Of a DNA stretch of 64,000 nucleotides, positions 28,413 to 39,370 are shown piece after piece. This DNA is from the human T2T-CHM13v2.0 reference genome, Homo sapiens. Position numbers and translations under genes: made by a program. The notes under the pieces are model-generated. The model made no database searches, had not been told where the DNA came from, and was given only the letters and a program-made list of their open reading frames with translations. The DNA lies in the NCBI RefSeq assembly GCF_009914755.1, contig NC_060932.1. The stretch is one strand, 5' to 3'. Within the stretch, counting starts at the first letter, position 1, and the number at the start of each line of letters is the position of its first letter.

Positions 28413-28893
28413 AATATTGAGTGTCAACATGATTGGATTGGAGGATGAAAATTACGGTTCCTGGGTGTGTCTATGAGGATGTTGCCAAAAAAGATTAACA
28501 TTTGAGTCAACGGACTGGGAGGGGCAGACCCTCCCTCAATGTGGGTGGGCACCAGCTCATCAACTGTCATCTTGGCTAAAAGAAAGCCCACATGCTGAGT
28601 CTTCAGGTCTTCATCTTTCTCCTGTGCTGGATGCTTCTTGTCCTCGAAAATCGGACTCTAAGGTGTTCACCTATTGGACTCTTGGACTTACACCAGTGGT
28701 TTTCCGGGGTGTCTTGGACTTTAGGCCACAGGCTGAAGACTGCACTGTTGACTTCCTTGCTCCACAGCTTGCTGACAGCCTATTGTGGGAATTCACTTTG
28801 TGCTCCTGTGAGTCAGTACTACTTAATAAACTCCCCTTTATATATACATTTATCCTATTTGTTCTGTCCCTCTAGAGAATCCTGACTAATACA
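28413..28893 (+). mobile_element. MLT2A (HERV-L) solo LTR
   Basis: aatattgagtgtcaac.tgattggattg..ctgggtgtgtct..gattaacatttgagtca; ends gttctgtccctctagagaatcctgactaataca. Confidence 0.9.
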
Positions 28894-31115
28894 GTGAAAA
28901 AAACTGGGAAGAGACACCAACAATTTGACTCCTTCATGTTTATGTTCTTGATCTCATGTCTATTATAATGATAGCTTTTAAAACATAGCATTATATGCAT
29001 TACTCTCCGCTTTACAAAGGATGAGGCAAACTTACATTAAAATTATAAGCATCAAGTATCAAATTATGAGCATTAAGATGGAAGTATCAAAGTATCCAAG
29101 GATATTTGGGTGGAATGACAACACTGAAATATTCCTTTCCCTTTTATAACTTTTACCAAGCTAAAACTAGTTCAGGATTTCAACCAGTAAATTGCAAAAT
29201 GTATCAGTAAAATAAAATACGTAAGTTATTTTTAACAAAAAAATATGCCTGCATGATCTTTTTTCTTTTCATTCCCCAAAGAAATTTTAGATGGGGATAA
29301 ATGTTGCCACCGTAGGTCAAAGTGACACTGACTCTAACTGAAGTTAATTTGTTGAAATGTTATTCCTTGGTGGAATGTTTACAACACATTTAGAGTTGGT
29401 GGATGAGACAGGGTGCCTAATGGATGACAAAATCTCTCATCTTCATAGAACAAAGATATTTGAAGATAAATAAACATTCTGCAACTTCCCTAAAGCACTG
29501 ATGGCATTTTCCTCTCCCATAAAGTACAGGTTGATACAAATGGTTTAAAGAAAATTGCAACTGAGCTCAGAAAAGAGAAGTGTTTCACACTCTGCATCCA
29601 AAGAGGTTGATCTGCTGGAGGGAAAAAACAAGGTGTGCATTATTTCCATAAAGCTCCCTATAATCAGTCAATTTCAGCTGGCTCAATTATACAATGTCCT
29701 TCTATTCTTTTTCCTGTAAAGGGAATTTTAATTCCGTTACTTACCAACCTCAGTATCAAGGACTAAAGTCCATCCAAAATAGACATACTGGTTAATCAAA
29801 GGTCACTTAAGGTCATTTTAAAGTCCTTATGGAAAAGACTGACTTACTTCCTTGCATTTAGGCATGAATACCTAAGTGCAATTATTTGATTTTTATACCA
29901 ATCAGTTGTTCTGGAATGGACAACTAGTTTGCTAAGCACAATGATCATGTAATTGAAGGCAAGGTAAAAAGGTTGAGTTCCTTGAGGATTAATTCATTTC
30001 AGTAGAGCCGAAACATCTATTTCTATTTCTTTGGCTCAGGTTGCATATCCATGCCAGGTCTACAGTAAAAAAAGAAAAAAAAAAATCTGCCCCTGGTTGC
30101 TGTGGTGGCTGTGCCACAGCGTCAGATTGGTTGGACTTGTTTACCACTGCTGGTCTCTTAGTCCAAGTTCCTACTTTCCTATCCTAGGAGACAACAGGCT
30201 GGTAATATTTCCATACAACCCAAAGACACAAATACTGTAGACTGTGGAAGATCTCCGCCTTTACACAAGTATCTTCCTCTGATTTGTTAGTTGATCAAAT
30301 AAAACTTAAATTAAAAAAGAAGACATACTTGACCTTTACTATGTGCAACTACGCATGCAACTTCTTAGTTATCTTACAGAGCGAAGTGAGCTCAACCAGA
30401 AGACATACAAAAGGCCAAAGGGAAAAGGTAGCTTAAATTGCATGTATGCAACTTGTAATGGCTTATTTTCACTATGAGCTCAGCAGAAAAATTACCAGAG
30501 GCAGATTTAAAATTCAGCGGAATAGAGAGTATTTAATATGCCATTTGCATTTTGACAGCTTAGAAACGTCTTCACTGGGTTTGCTGTATCGTCTGCTTAT
30601 AAGCACGAACCAGCCACCGAGCTTTGTTTATCTGTTTCTTAAAGGAAGCAGAACCATTTTCTTGACATTTTTAAAGCTGGGTTGGTGTTTGCTTGACACA
30701 ATAAACTGGAGAGTAAGGAAGCATTGCCCCCGGGAGGAGCTGCTTTCGCCTGTAGAAGCTTCAGCACTGTGGTTGTGGCAGTCGTCTTACCAAGCATGAT
30801 TGGCCAGCTGAAAGCCAATATAAAAATAGCCATTCTCTCTCTTCCCGAGGCCTCTGCCAGTGAGATGCTTGAGACATGGGGGAATTCTACCACCCTGCAC
30901 TACTTGCCATTTGCTTCTCTGGACTTGTTTGATGAGACCTCATTGCCCTACCATTCAAGTTTACAAAACCTGTCACTTCCGAAGAAAGACTCCCTTTTGC
31001 GACTAACTACATGAGTGCTCCAGAAGCACTGAAAAGCTTTCCGCTGAACAGTTCTGATTTGAAGTCATAGTAATTAGTAATAATATCCTGATAATGCAAC
31101 AGGAAAAAAACATGA

Positions 31116-31452
<337 letters not shown>

Positions 31453-32110
31453 CACTTTTTTATTGCTGGATGGGGATTAGGGGTTTCCTGCGAAAGTATC
31501 TTCTTCACAGGAATGTCCTGGCTTCATCAGGAGGAAGGGTATTGGGTGCGGCTCTGCCATAAAGGAGTCTGACCTGCAAATTAAAGGTCTTAGCATACTT
31601 CTTGGTGGGATGAGTCTTTAATAAGGTAACTCATCTAAAACCATGCAGGTATGGGAGGGCGCACCTCTCTCGCGGTGGAGTTACAGGGTTTCTCTGGAAA
31701 CTCAGCAGTGCGTGCTCACATCTCTGCTGGGTGGGTCAGGAAATGTTTGAATTACTTACTTTAACGAATGTTCCACCTTTCTCTTTCGGGCTTCTCAAAA
31801 TGAGGCTGCTCTGGCGTAGTAGTGTTGTGTGTGCTCTCCTTTAGGACGCTTTCTGGGTAAATAATTGTCTGCAAATACCTGCATTCTCATGGCTGCACAT
31901 ATGCAAGAAACAACTGAGAAGGAAACTTCTTCCAAACAGCCAGTAGATCAGCCCCGGGTAAAGGGGCAGATACGAGCCAGCATACACAGAATTAATATTC
32001 CTGTTTACCAGATGAAAATGCTTACAGCCTTACTCCTTTTCCCCTGGTCCCTGAAAATAGGCATTTAAAGAGAAAGGCACACTTGGGATTCAACCTTTAC
32101 AATGCCATTA

Positions 32111-32178
32111 ATAATCCAGAAGAAAAAGGAAATCGCCAGTGAATTTTCGATATCCCCAACGCTTTATTGAAGAGTACA
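32111..32178 (-). terminator. Candidate intronic polyadenylation signal
   Basis: Minus strand: TGTA (32178-32175), AATAAA (32168-32163), CA about 22 nt downstream (32141-32140), then U-rich TTTCCTTTTTCTTCT. Confidence 0.45.
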
Positions 32179-32219
32179 GCACCATCAGCTGAAGCTGATA
32201 CTCAAGTACCCACAGTAAC

Positions 32220-33850
32220 GGGTTCCAGTGACCTCAACTGCGACCGCCTCCAGCCTCACGACTCCGCAAACAGGTCACGAATTATGCCCCACGCATCAAA
32301 AACTCTGCGCCTGCCTTCGCCACAGCGGGAGCCGCCACCCGGGCGCGCGCGGCGCAGCTGCCCACGGCAGTGGCCGGGCGCCCTCCTGCCGGAGCGCTCC
32401 TCCCCGGGAAAGCCCTGCTGCTTGCAAGCGCCTCCGGTGGGCCCTGGAGCGCGCTGCCGAGCCCCGGGGCCCAGCGCCGACGCCCCCGGGGGGAGGCCCG
32501 ACCTTGGTCACCCGGGCTTTGCTAGGCAAGGGGAACGCGACGCCGCCCCAATGGCCAGAGCGCACAAACGGCGACTCCGGCGCTGGCGTCACCAGCCCCC
32601 TTCCTGCCTGCAGCCCCTTCCCAGGCCGGTACAGGAGCTCGCACTTGACCCCGCAGGCGTGGAGGAGACACGGTCCCTGGTCCCTGTGGGGTTAATGAAG
32701 GAGCTCCACGGACCCACTGCCTCGTGGGCCAGACAATAGCGCAGTGAGAGCTACGTCCGAGCGTCCTGGACCCCCTCCGCGCGCACACACTTGCGCACAG
32801 CACCTCTCCAGCTCCATGCACGCCAGGGGCCTGGGACCCTGGGCTCCACTTCTCGGCTTCTACAGCCAGGTTCTGGGGCCTGCAGCGCGCAAGAGGAGCT
32901 CTCTTCCACGGGGCTGCCCCGCAGGGCCCGAGGCGCCCAGGACTTTGCAACCCCTGCCCTGTTCGCCCCAGAATCATCCAGAGCAGCCCCCGCCCACTAC
33001 CTGGCCCTCCACACCCTCCCTCCCGCCTCCGCCTCAGCCTCATCCTAGCGCTGCAGCCCACCCGCGTGGGGGCGGAATCCGCCCGGCACACACGTGTGCG
33101 GATTATTAAGCAGCCGAGCTAGGGCCGCCGCGGTCTCCACGCAGCAACCTCTGCTAATTGCGGGGGAAGGCAGCCGGAGCGTGCGGAACTCGAGGGAACC
33201 GAGAGTGAGCTCAGAGGCTGAGTTGCCTGCCTGGAAAGGAGGAAGCCCCGGGCCCAGTTAGGCTTGGAGTGCAGGGGAAAGGGCGGGAAGTTTTGCGGAG
33301 TTGCGTGGCAGGTGTTTCCTCTCCACGCAGGGGCTCGGCTGGAAAAAGCCAGGTCCTGTCCCTTGGGCTCCTGCCCTCACCCCGCTGCGACACACACGCC
33401 CCAGCACACCTCACAGGGCACAACCCTCTTTTCCCTAGACTTTAGCTGCCTCGCCTTCCAATTCCCAGCCAGTCCAGTGCTGACCAGAGGCCGCTGCCAG
33501 TCGGGCCCTGCTCAGCAGGCGCTGCCTCCGCAGCCGGCAATGTCAGAGGCACCGGCCAAGGCATCCGGACTGAGCCGGGCGGGTGGGCAGAGGGTCGGCG
33601 TCTGCAAGAAGCTCCCCAGTCCCGAGCGACCACGAGCTTGGGTGACTAAGACCCACTGTTTGCGATCCCCGAGATCTCGGGGCGCATTCCCGCAGACACC
33701 CCCTTGTGAGGGTGGATGCCGGTGAGGAGGAGCTGGTGCTGAGCGGTCAGCTTTCACGGAGCCCTGGACGCCCCGTGGAGGCAAGTGCAGGGAGGGGAAG
33801 CCCAGGCGGCACGTCTCTCCCCCGCTCTCCAGGCAGATCTGGAGTTTCCT
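32220..33850. promoter_or_regulatory. CpG island, intron 1 lobe
   Basis: Dense CpG/GCGC content, separated from the exon 1 lobe by an A-rich spacer at about 33850-34400. Confidence 0.85.
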
Positions 33851-35125
33851 AATGAACCAGATACAGTCCTCCTTCGCCCTGCCAATCACTCTTCCATCTG
33901 GACCACTGGAGGAAAAGGAAATGGGTGGAAAAGAAGATGGAAGAATCTAGAGAGGACGGGGAAATATTATGTAGGGAAAAAAGCAAGTGACCATTGAAAA
34001 AAAATCGTAAGATTGGACTCCAACCTTTAAAAATGAAACGAAAGAAAAACCCTTTGTAGATACAGATACTCCCGGGAACATCTATGGAAGTGCTGACTGA
34101 TAAAGAAAGCATCTAAGGAGGCTAAAAATGAGGACAGGGGCAGGTATTTCCAATGTGAAAACCAATCAGTATTCTCTCTCTCTCGGTCTCTCTCCCTCTT
34201 TCTCGCCCTGTCTCAAAAGGGAGCTTATGTTCTTTCCCGGAGAATAAACAAGTACACAAGCTATTGCCAGCCTTGAGGTCGCAGCCTGTAGGCTACTTAG
34301 AAGAAAACATTCCCCAACTCATTCAGGGAGAAAACCAAGCTCACAGAGCCCCAAGCCCAGGAGCCACCCAGAGAAACTCCTTCCCCTGACCAGCGTAGAA
34401 GGAGGATACCCGTGCGCCCACAGTGAATGTATCTGACTTGGAAGCCGGTCCAGAACTCCTAGCCTGTTTCACGCACCTTGCCAACACCTTACAACTTGCA
34501 AGGAGCGAAGTCCGGGGGAGAGGAAAGCGGGGGCGACCTTCTAGAGGCAGCTACTCCTCGCCGGCTGAGGACGTTGGAGAGGGAAGGAGGAGAGGAGGAA
34601 TGGGGTGTATGGGTGCGAGGAGGCCGGGCCGGCGGAGACCTTTGCCTATTGGTACCAAAACCCCCGTAGAGAGCCCGAACTTTCCAGGCCGGCTTCACCC
34701 GGGACGCTTTCCCAGGCGCGTCGGGTCCGGGGAGAAAGTCCTGGGAACTGCCCCTCAGCCACCCCGACCCGTGGAGTCCACGTCTCGGAGGAGGCAACAC
34801 CGCCCCGGCGGAGCACAGTTCCAGCCCAACTCGTATTGGGTTCCTTTCTCCTTGACACCCTGTACTGCCGAGAAAAAGAGATCTCTCCTGTGAGCCCAAG
34901 AGAGGGGGAAGGAATGGCGGGGTGGGGCGGGGGCCCAGGAGGGCTGGGGAGAGCGCGATGGAAGCTCCCTCCCGTGCATCGCGTTCCCCGAGCTTCGGCG
35001 ATGGAGCAGCGCCGGGCAGAGGCGGCCACTCCGTACCCTGCGGTCCCCAAAACGCACACTCGCGTCCGCACACGGGGCCTCCGAGGGCTCTACCGCCTCC
35101 CCGGCCAGGAGCAAGTCCGTCTTAC

Positions 35126-35210
35126 CCTTCGCTGCAGTGAGGAGCCTCGCGCACAGCACCAGCAGCCCGAGAAGCAGGAGCAGCGACTGGAATCTCCTCC
35201 ACGCAGTCAT
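35126..35210 (-). CDS. CSMD1: CSMD1 (CUB and Sushi multiple domains 1) coding exon 1: signal peptide, 28 codons + 1 nt (phase-1 intron)
   Basis: Minus strand reads gcagacATG ACT GCG TGG ... GCG AAG G|GTAAG, giving MTAWRRFQSLLLLLGLLVLCARLLTAAK-G, the recognised CSMD1 N-terminus (basic n-region, Leu-rich h-region). Canonical donor GTAAG at 35125-35121; lies in a CpG island. Confidence 0.96.
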
Positions 35211-35720
35211 GTCTGCAGATACTCCACACGCACGCGACACCGATGGCTCCTCCGAGGAAGGCAGGGCTATGAGCGGAGCCAAATAATCACCCGAGGGCAA
35301 GGCGAGCCGGAGAGAGAGCCCGGTCCCAAGACCCGCCGCGCATCCGACGCCTCCTGAAGGTCTGGGCGCCCGGCTCGCTTCCCTCTCATAGCATCGGGTC
35401 CCGAGCCACTGCAGGGCTGAGCTGCTCCGAGCGCGGAGACCCGGGCTGGCGGGGCCGGGGCCGGGGACGAGCGCCGGCCGAGCCGGGCAGGAAGGCACCA
35501 AGGCGGCGAGGCTGCGGGAGGGGGAGAAGCGGGGAGAGGAGCGCGCGCAGCCAGGAGAGACCTGGAGAGGAGGCAGCTGGAGAGAGAGCCAGCGAGTGGG
35601 AGATGCGGGGAGGGGGGCGCGGGGGGAGGAGAGATCCAGTCTAGAGAGAAAAGGCGGAGAGCGCAGAAGAAGGGCTGCTAGTGGCACAAGGAGCCGCTGC
35701 CGTGGAGGCTGGACTCAACC
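35211..35720 (-). other. CSMD1: CSMD1 5' UTR part of exon 1 (5' boundary approximate)
   Basis: GC-rich sequence contiguous with the start codon inside the CpG island. The TSS cannot be fixed from sequence; about 35.6-35.8 kb is inferred. Confidence 0.65.
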
Positions 35721-36077
35721 ATCCTTACCCACAGAGAGGGGACCGAGGCTGGGCACGGCGCAGTCCCAGACAGACAGAGCCCAGCCTCGGGGCCTCGGGC
35801 TGCCCGCACCGTGCTGCGCTTCATTCGGCCTCAGCGCAGCAGCGCGCAGGCTGGAGAAAGGAGACTTGTTGGGCGCTCGGGTGGGGGAAGCTCACGCCGC
35901 ACACCGGGGAGGAACAATGCAATCCGGCAACTCCAGCAAACTGGAGGGTTTCTGCAGGGGCAGAGTCCCGCCTCCATCCTTTGATCTCCCTTCCTTGCTG
36001 ACCAGAGAGCAGCCCCCTACCTAACTTAGATCAGAAATGCAGGTGGAAAGGGCACAAGCTTCAACTCCAAGGGAGGA

Positions 36078-36109
36078 ATATATTTATACATTTATATATA
36101 TATATATAT
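36078..36109. repeat. (TA)n microsatellite
   Basis: atatatttatacatttatatatatatatatat. Confidence 0.85.
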
Positions 36110-37971
36110 GATGATATGTATAATGTTTTGCAAGATGGACTATTTGCAAGGAGTTACACAAATTTACACATTTCCTGACTTTGGATTGTGTTAGATTTAG
36201 CCATGCCCAAACTTCAGCTTCAGATAAAACGTGACATGAGGAAGTCTCTAGAATTAATATTATGGTCTGGTTGTGAGAGCCGGCATGTTGGCACAGCTTC
36301 TGATGAAACTATATATAAAATTCTGTGGGTTGGGAAGGGACCTTAAAAGAGAAGAGACAGGTTCTCCCTGATTCTGCAAAAGGATGAAGCCCGCAGAGAG
36401 AGAACAGTGCTTTAGAATAGCAGTACTTGATACAGTAAACTGGATTTCACCCAGCTCCCCAAATAGAAGAGGCATTCCTGCAGTTCCTGGGGAACGTGTA
36501 AGGAGAGACATTTTAGGAGAAGGTGGTCAGTTAATAGAAACACCACGAGTGAGGGCTGGTTTCCATAGAAGGACATTTAAAGGATTCGACATCCTTGACC
36601 AAAAAGGTTTAGCCCTTTCAGAGGACAGAACGTGGAAATCCCATACCCTAGTAAGAGAGAATTAGCCTCCAGGCCTGGAACCATTAGAGTATACAACCAT
36701 CTACCTGCGGTATCCCCACAGCACCGAATGCCTGTGGTGGGAGGGACAGCCCACCGCTTCATCCCACCTGCACTTCCTCTGTCAGTCTTTGAGATTAAAT
36801 GGGTTGACAGTTTGATAAAGTTTTATATCCCTCCTTCAATTTTCTTAGATTGCTCCTGCCTCTGTGACCTAGTCTACCCTAGAAAGGCATAATGGATCCA
36901 GGAAGGACTGCAACCTTGGCATGGAAACACCGAAGCCTGACTTTCTTAGTCTCCCTGCAGCCTAAGGTGCAGGTGGCCACAATTGGGGCCACCTCCACAA
37001 CCCTTTTCTCCTCGCAGATATATGAGATTTAAATATGGGGTGGGTGGGGAGGGAGAGAATGCGTGCTCTTGGAGTTGCAGTCCTGAACATGACTTGGATT
37101 TTCCTCAGCGCAGAGTCCCGTCTTGCCTCATGTATCCCTGGAGGGACACTCGGAAGACAGAATGCCTCAGTCACGGGGGAATTCCCATAGAACCCCTGAG
37201 TTCTATTCTTCAGGCTGAACCGGGCCTGTGGAGCAGAGGGTCGCCCCCTCTGGGATTTTAAATCAGACCTCAGATAGTATCTGTGAGTCAGCGAGTGAAC
37301 AAAAATGCTTTCCAAGACCCATTAAGTGCTCCAATAGTTCATTTCAAGCGCCTCATCCGGAAAAACGGATCTCTTTTCAGGAGCTTAAGAGCTGACTTCT
37401 TCTTGAGAAACGGTGCCCTGTCTCTACACTGCCATTCCTAATGGCTCGTGTCACCAAGAAGGATTTCTGCCATTAAAAAACGTTTCCAACATCTAACCAT
37501 CCTAGGCTAGGACTCATAGATGATTTTCACTTGATTAGGATCCCAATCAGGAACGACGGTGAGTGTCACCTGAGAGATGGAACACCTTTCCACATAATTG
37601 TGACAGGCTCCGGGCTGAACTTCCCTTTTCCTGTGTTCTGTTGAAAAACGTCCCATGCCACCTCCTTTCCCCAGAGAGCAAAGAATCTATCTGATACAAA
37701 GCCTTGAGAAATAATGGTCCAGATAACCAATAACCACTCATTTTTTTTGCTGTTATTTATGTGGGGTATTTTCTTTGGCCCGATCGTATATTAGAGAGTT
37801 ACAATGATTCGTACCAAATTGTTTCTTGATCATGATTATGAGAAGGGTATGAAACGGCTGACAAATAAAATAAGCTGGTTTTCTGATATGGTTGTATTTG
37901 TGTGTTTATACAGTGAATTTTTCGCCCAAGATCTCAAGGCTGGCTTAATTTGGAAGGAAAACATGGGGCTC

Positions 37972-37990
37972 TGCTGCCATCTAGCGTCCA
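37972..37990 (-). promoter_or_regulatory. CTCF-like binding motif
   Basis: Minus strand TGGACGCTAGATGGCAGCA versus core CCASYAGRKGGCRS; the clear departure is A for C at the first core base. Confidence 0.55.
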
Positions 37991-39264
37991 ATATTTCTTG
38001 TTTGGCGTTTGCAGAGAGATCAGTGGTCCCTCTGTTTTACTTCTCTGACCTCCTCTGCGGTTCCCTGCCTGCGTTTTGAATCTCCTCCAGAACACTCTTG
38101 TGCCCTCCTTGCGGTCCAGCTTGAGCCTATTAGAACACTGCAAGCTCCCCCGACACATACATACACACTTTGATGTGTAAATGATTGCGAAAGCCTTAAT
38201 CTATATCAGAAGTCCAGTACATGTTACTTAGGGCAGTATTAACCACACGTGGTTAGAGTGAGTGTGGGGCCCAGGGACGTCACACCAGGAAGCTCTGTGG
38301 CCACTTCTCTGCCAGGGCCTGTGCTGCCTGGAACATCATACTTCTCTACTTGTATACTGACTCCATTCCCCATCCTGGGCCTCACACTCTCCACAGCCTC
38401 AGGACCTGGCTAAGCAACACTAGAAATACCCTTGGCACTCGGGACCGATCAGAGAGTTGAGCAGTGCGATGATTAAAGGCAAAGAGGTGCTGACGTTCTG
38501 GAAGGGATAATGACATACCTAAATTCAGGTAGCAACTAATTTAAGACAAGGTTGGAGAGATGACAACATAAACATCTGAAAAGTGCAGCCACTGAAGAGG
38601 GAGAGTGTATTTTAAATGGAATTATCTGAGGAGGGGGCAGAAAATATGAACATGATAGTTGAGATAAAATTAGAAAATTTTAAAACATGCCCAGATGAGA
38701 ATGCTAATTAGCTAGAAAAGCGGCACATGTGCGAAAATCTTAGAAAATTTGGTGTGTTGTCATGATGGCTAAATGTGACATTATTTGGTTTGTTTAATGT
38801 CACATATAAAAAAAAACTGATGGCAACTAAAGAATTGGGGAAACTTGTTTCCTTGACAGAGGGGTCAGTATTCGAGCCACACAATCCATGTTTCCAGCAG
38901 CGCAGTGTCTACCTTGGGTGAGCAAAAGTGTGAGAGAGCTTAAGGAATAAAAGCAGAAGTCAAAACAATCACGTTTTGTTTACAAAGGCACTTTATGCAT
39001 AACTTCATTGATACCATACTTGTCTTTATCAGTCCTCCTTCCAGTGATAAGGACATGATGGCTTTGAGAAACCAGGGGACTCGTAAAGGGGTCACGTCTT
39101 GCTGAGGGCCACAATGCACGCGATACTCAAACCTTTGGCCACATCAGTATTTAAAAGCCAACCCCTCCTATCCCTTGCTGACTGAAAAGCATACCCGGAC
39201 TCCAAGGTTCCGACACACACACATGGGGCTATGCCCCCACTGTGGTGTGTTGAAAGAACAGAGA

Positions 39265-39370
39265 GACACATCTATAGAGGACGCCACTCAATAGCAGCAG
39301 AATGCACACCCCTTTCACGTACACATGGAGCATTCTCCAGCACAGACCATTTCCTAAGCCATTAAAAAAA
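39265..39370 (+). mobile_element. Short L1 ORF2 (endonuclease region) fragment
   Basis: acatctatagagg..cagcagaatgcacac..cacatggagcattctccagcacagaccat resembles L1 ORF2. Confidence 0.6.

Larger units (their letters stand above)
34400..35990. promoter_or_regulatory. CpG island / CSMD1 promoter (exon 1 lobe)
   Basis: High GC, dense CpG, GC boxes and G-runs; abrupt switch to (TA)n and AT-rich DNA near 36080. Confidence 0.9.

Noticed and set aside
32167-36024. Many long overlapping ORFs (140-310 aa) on both strands of the CpG island
   Set aside because: Pro/Arg/Gly/Ala-rich, no domains, often GTG/TTG starts; expected from stop-codon scarcity in GC-rich DNA. Only the 85-nt CSMD1 segment is supported.
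36719-36750. REST/RE1-like half sites CAGCACC ... GGACAG (also GGTGCTGA near 33735 and 61683)
   Set aside because: Spacer of about 18 nt is too long, and the other sites lack the second half; no canonical RE1 seen.
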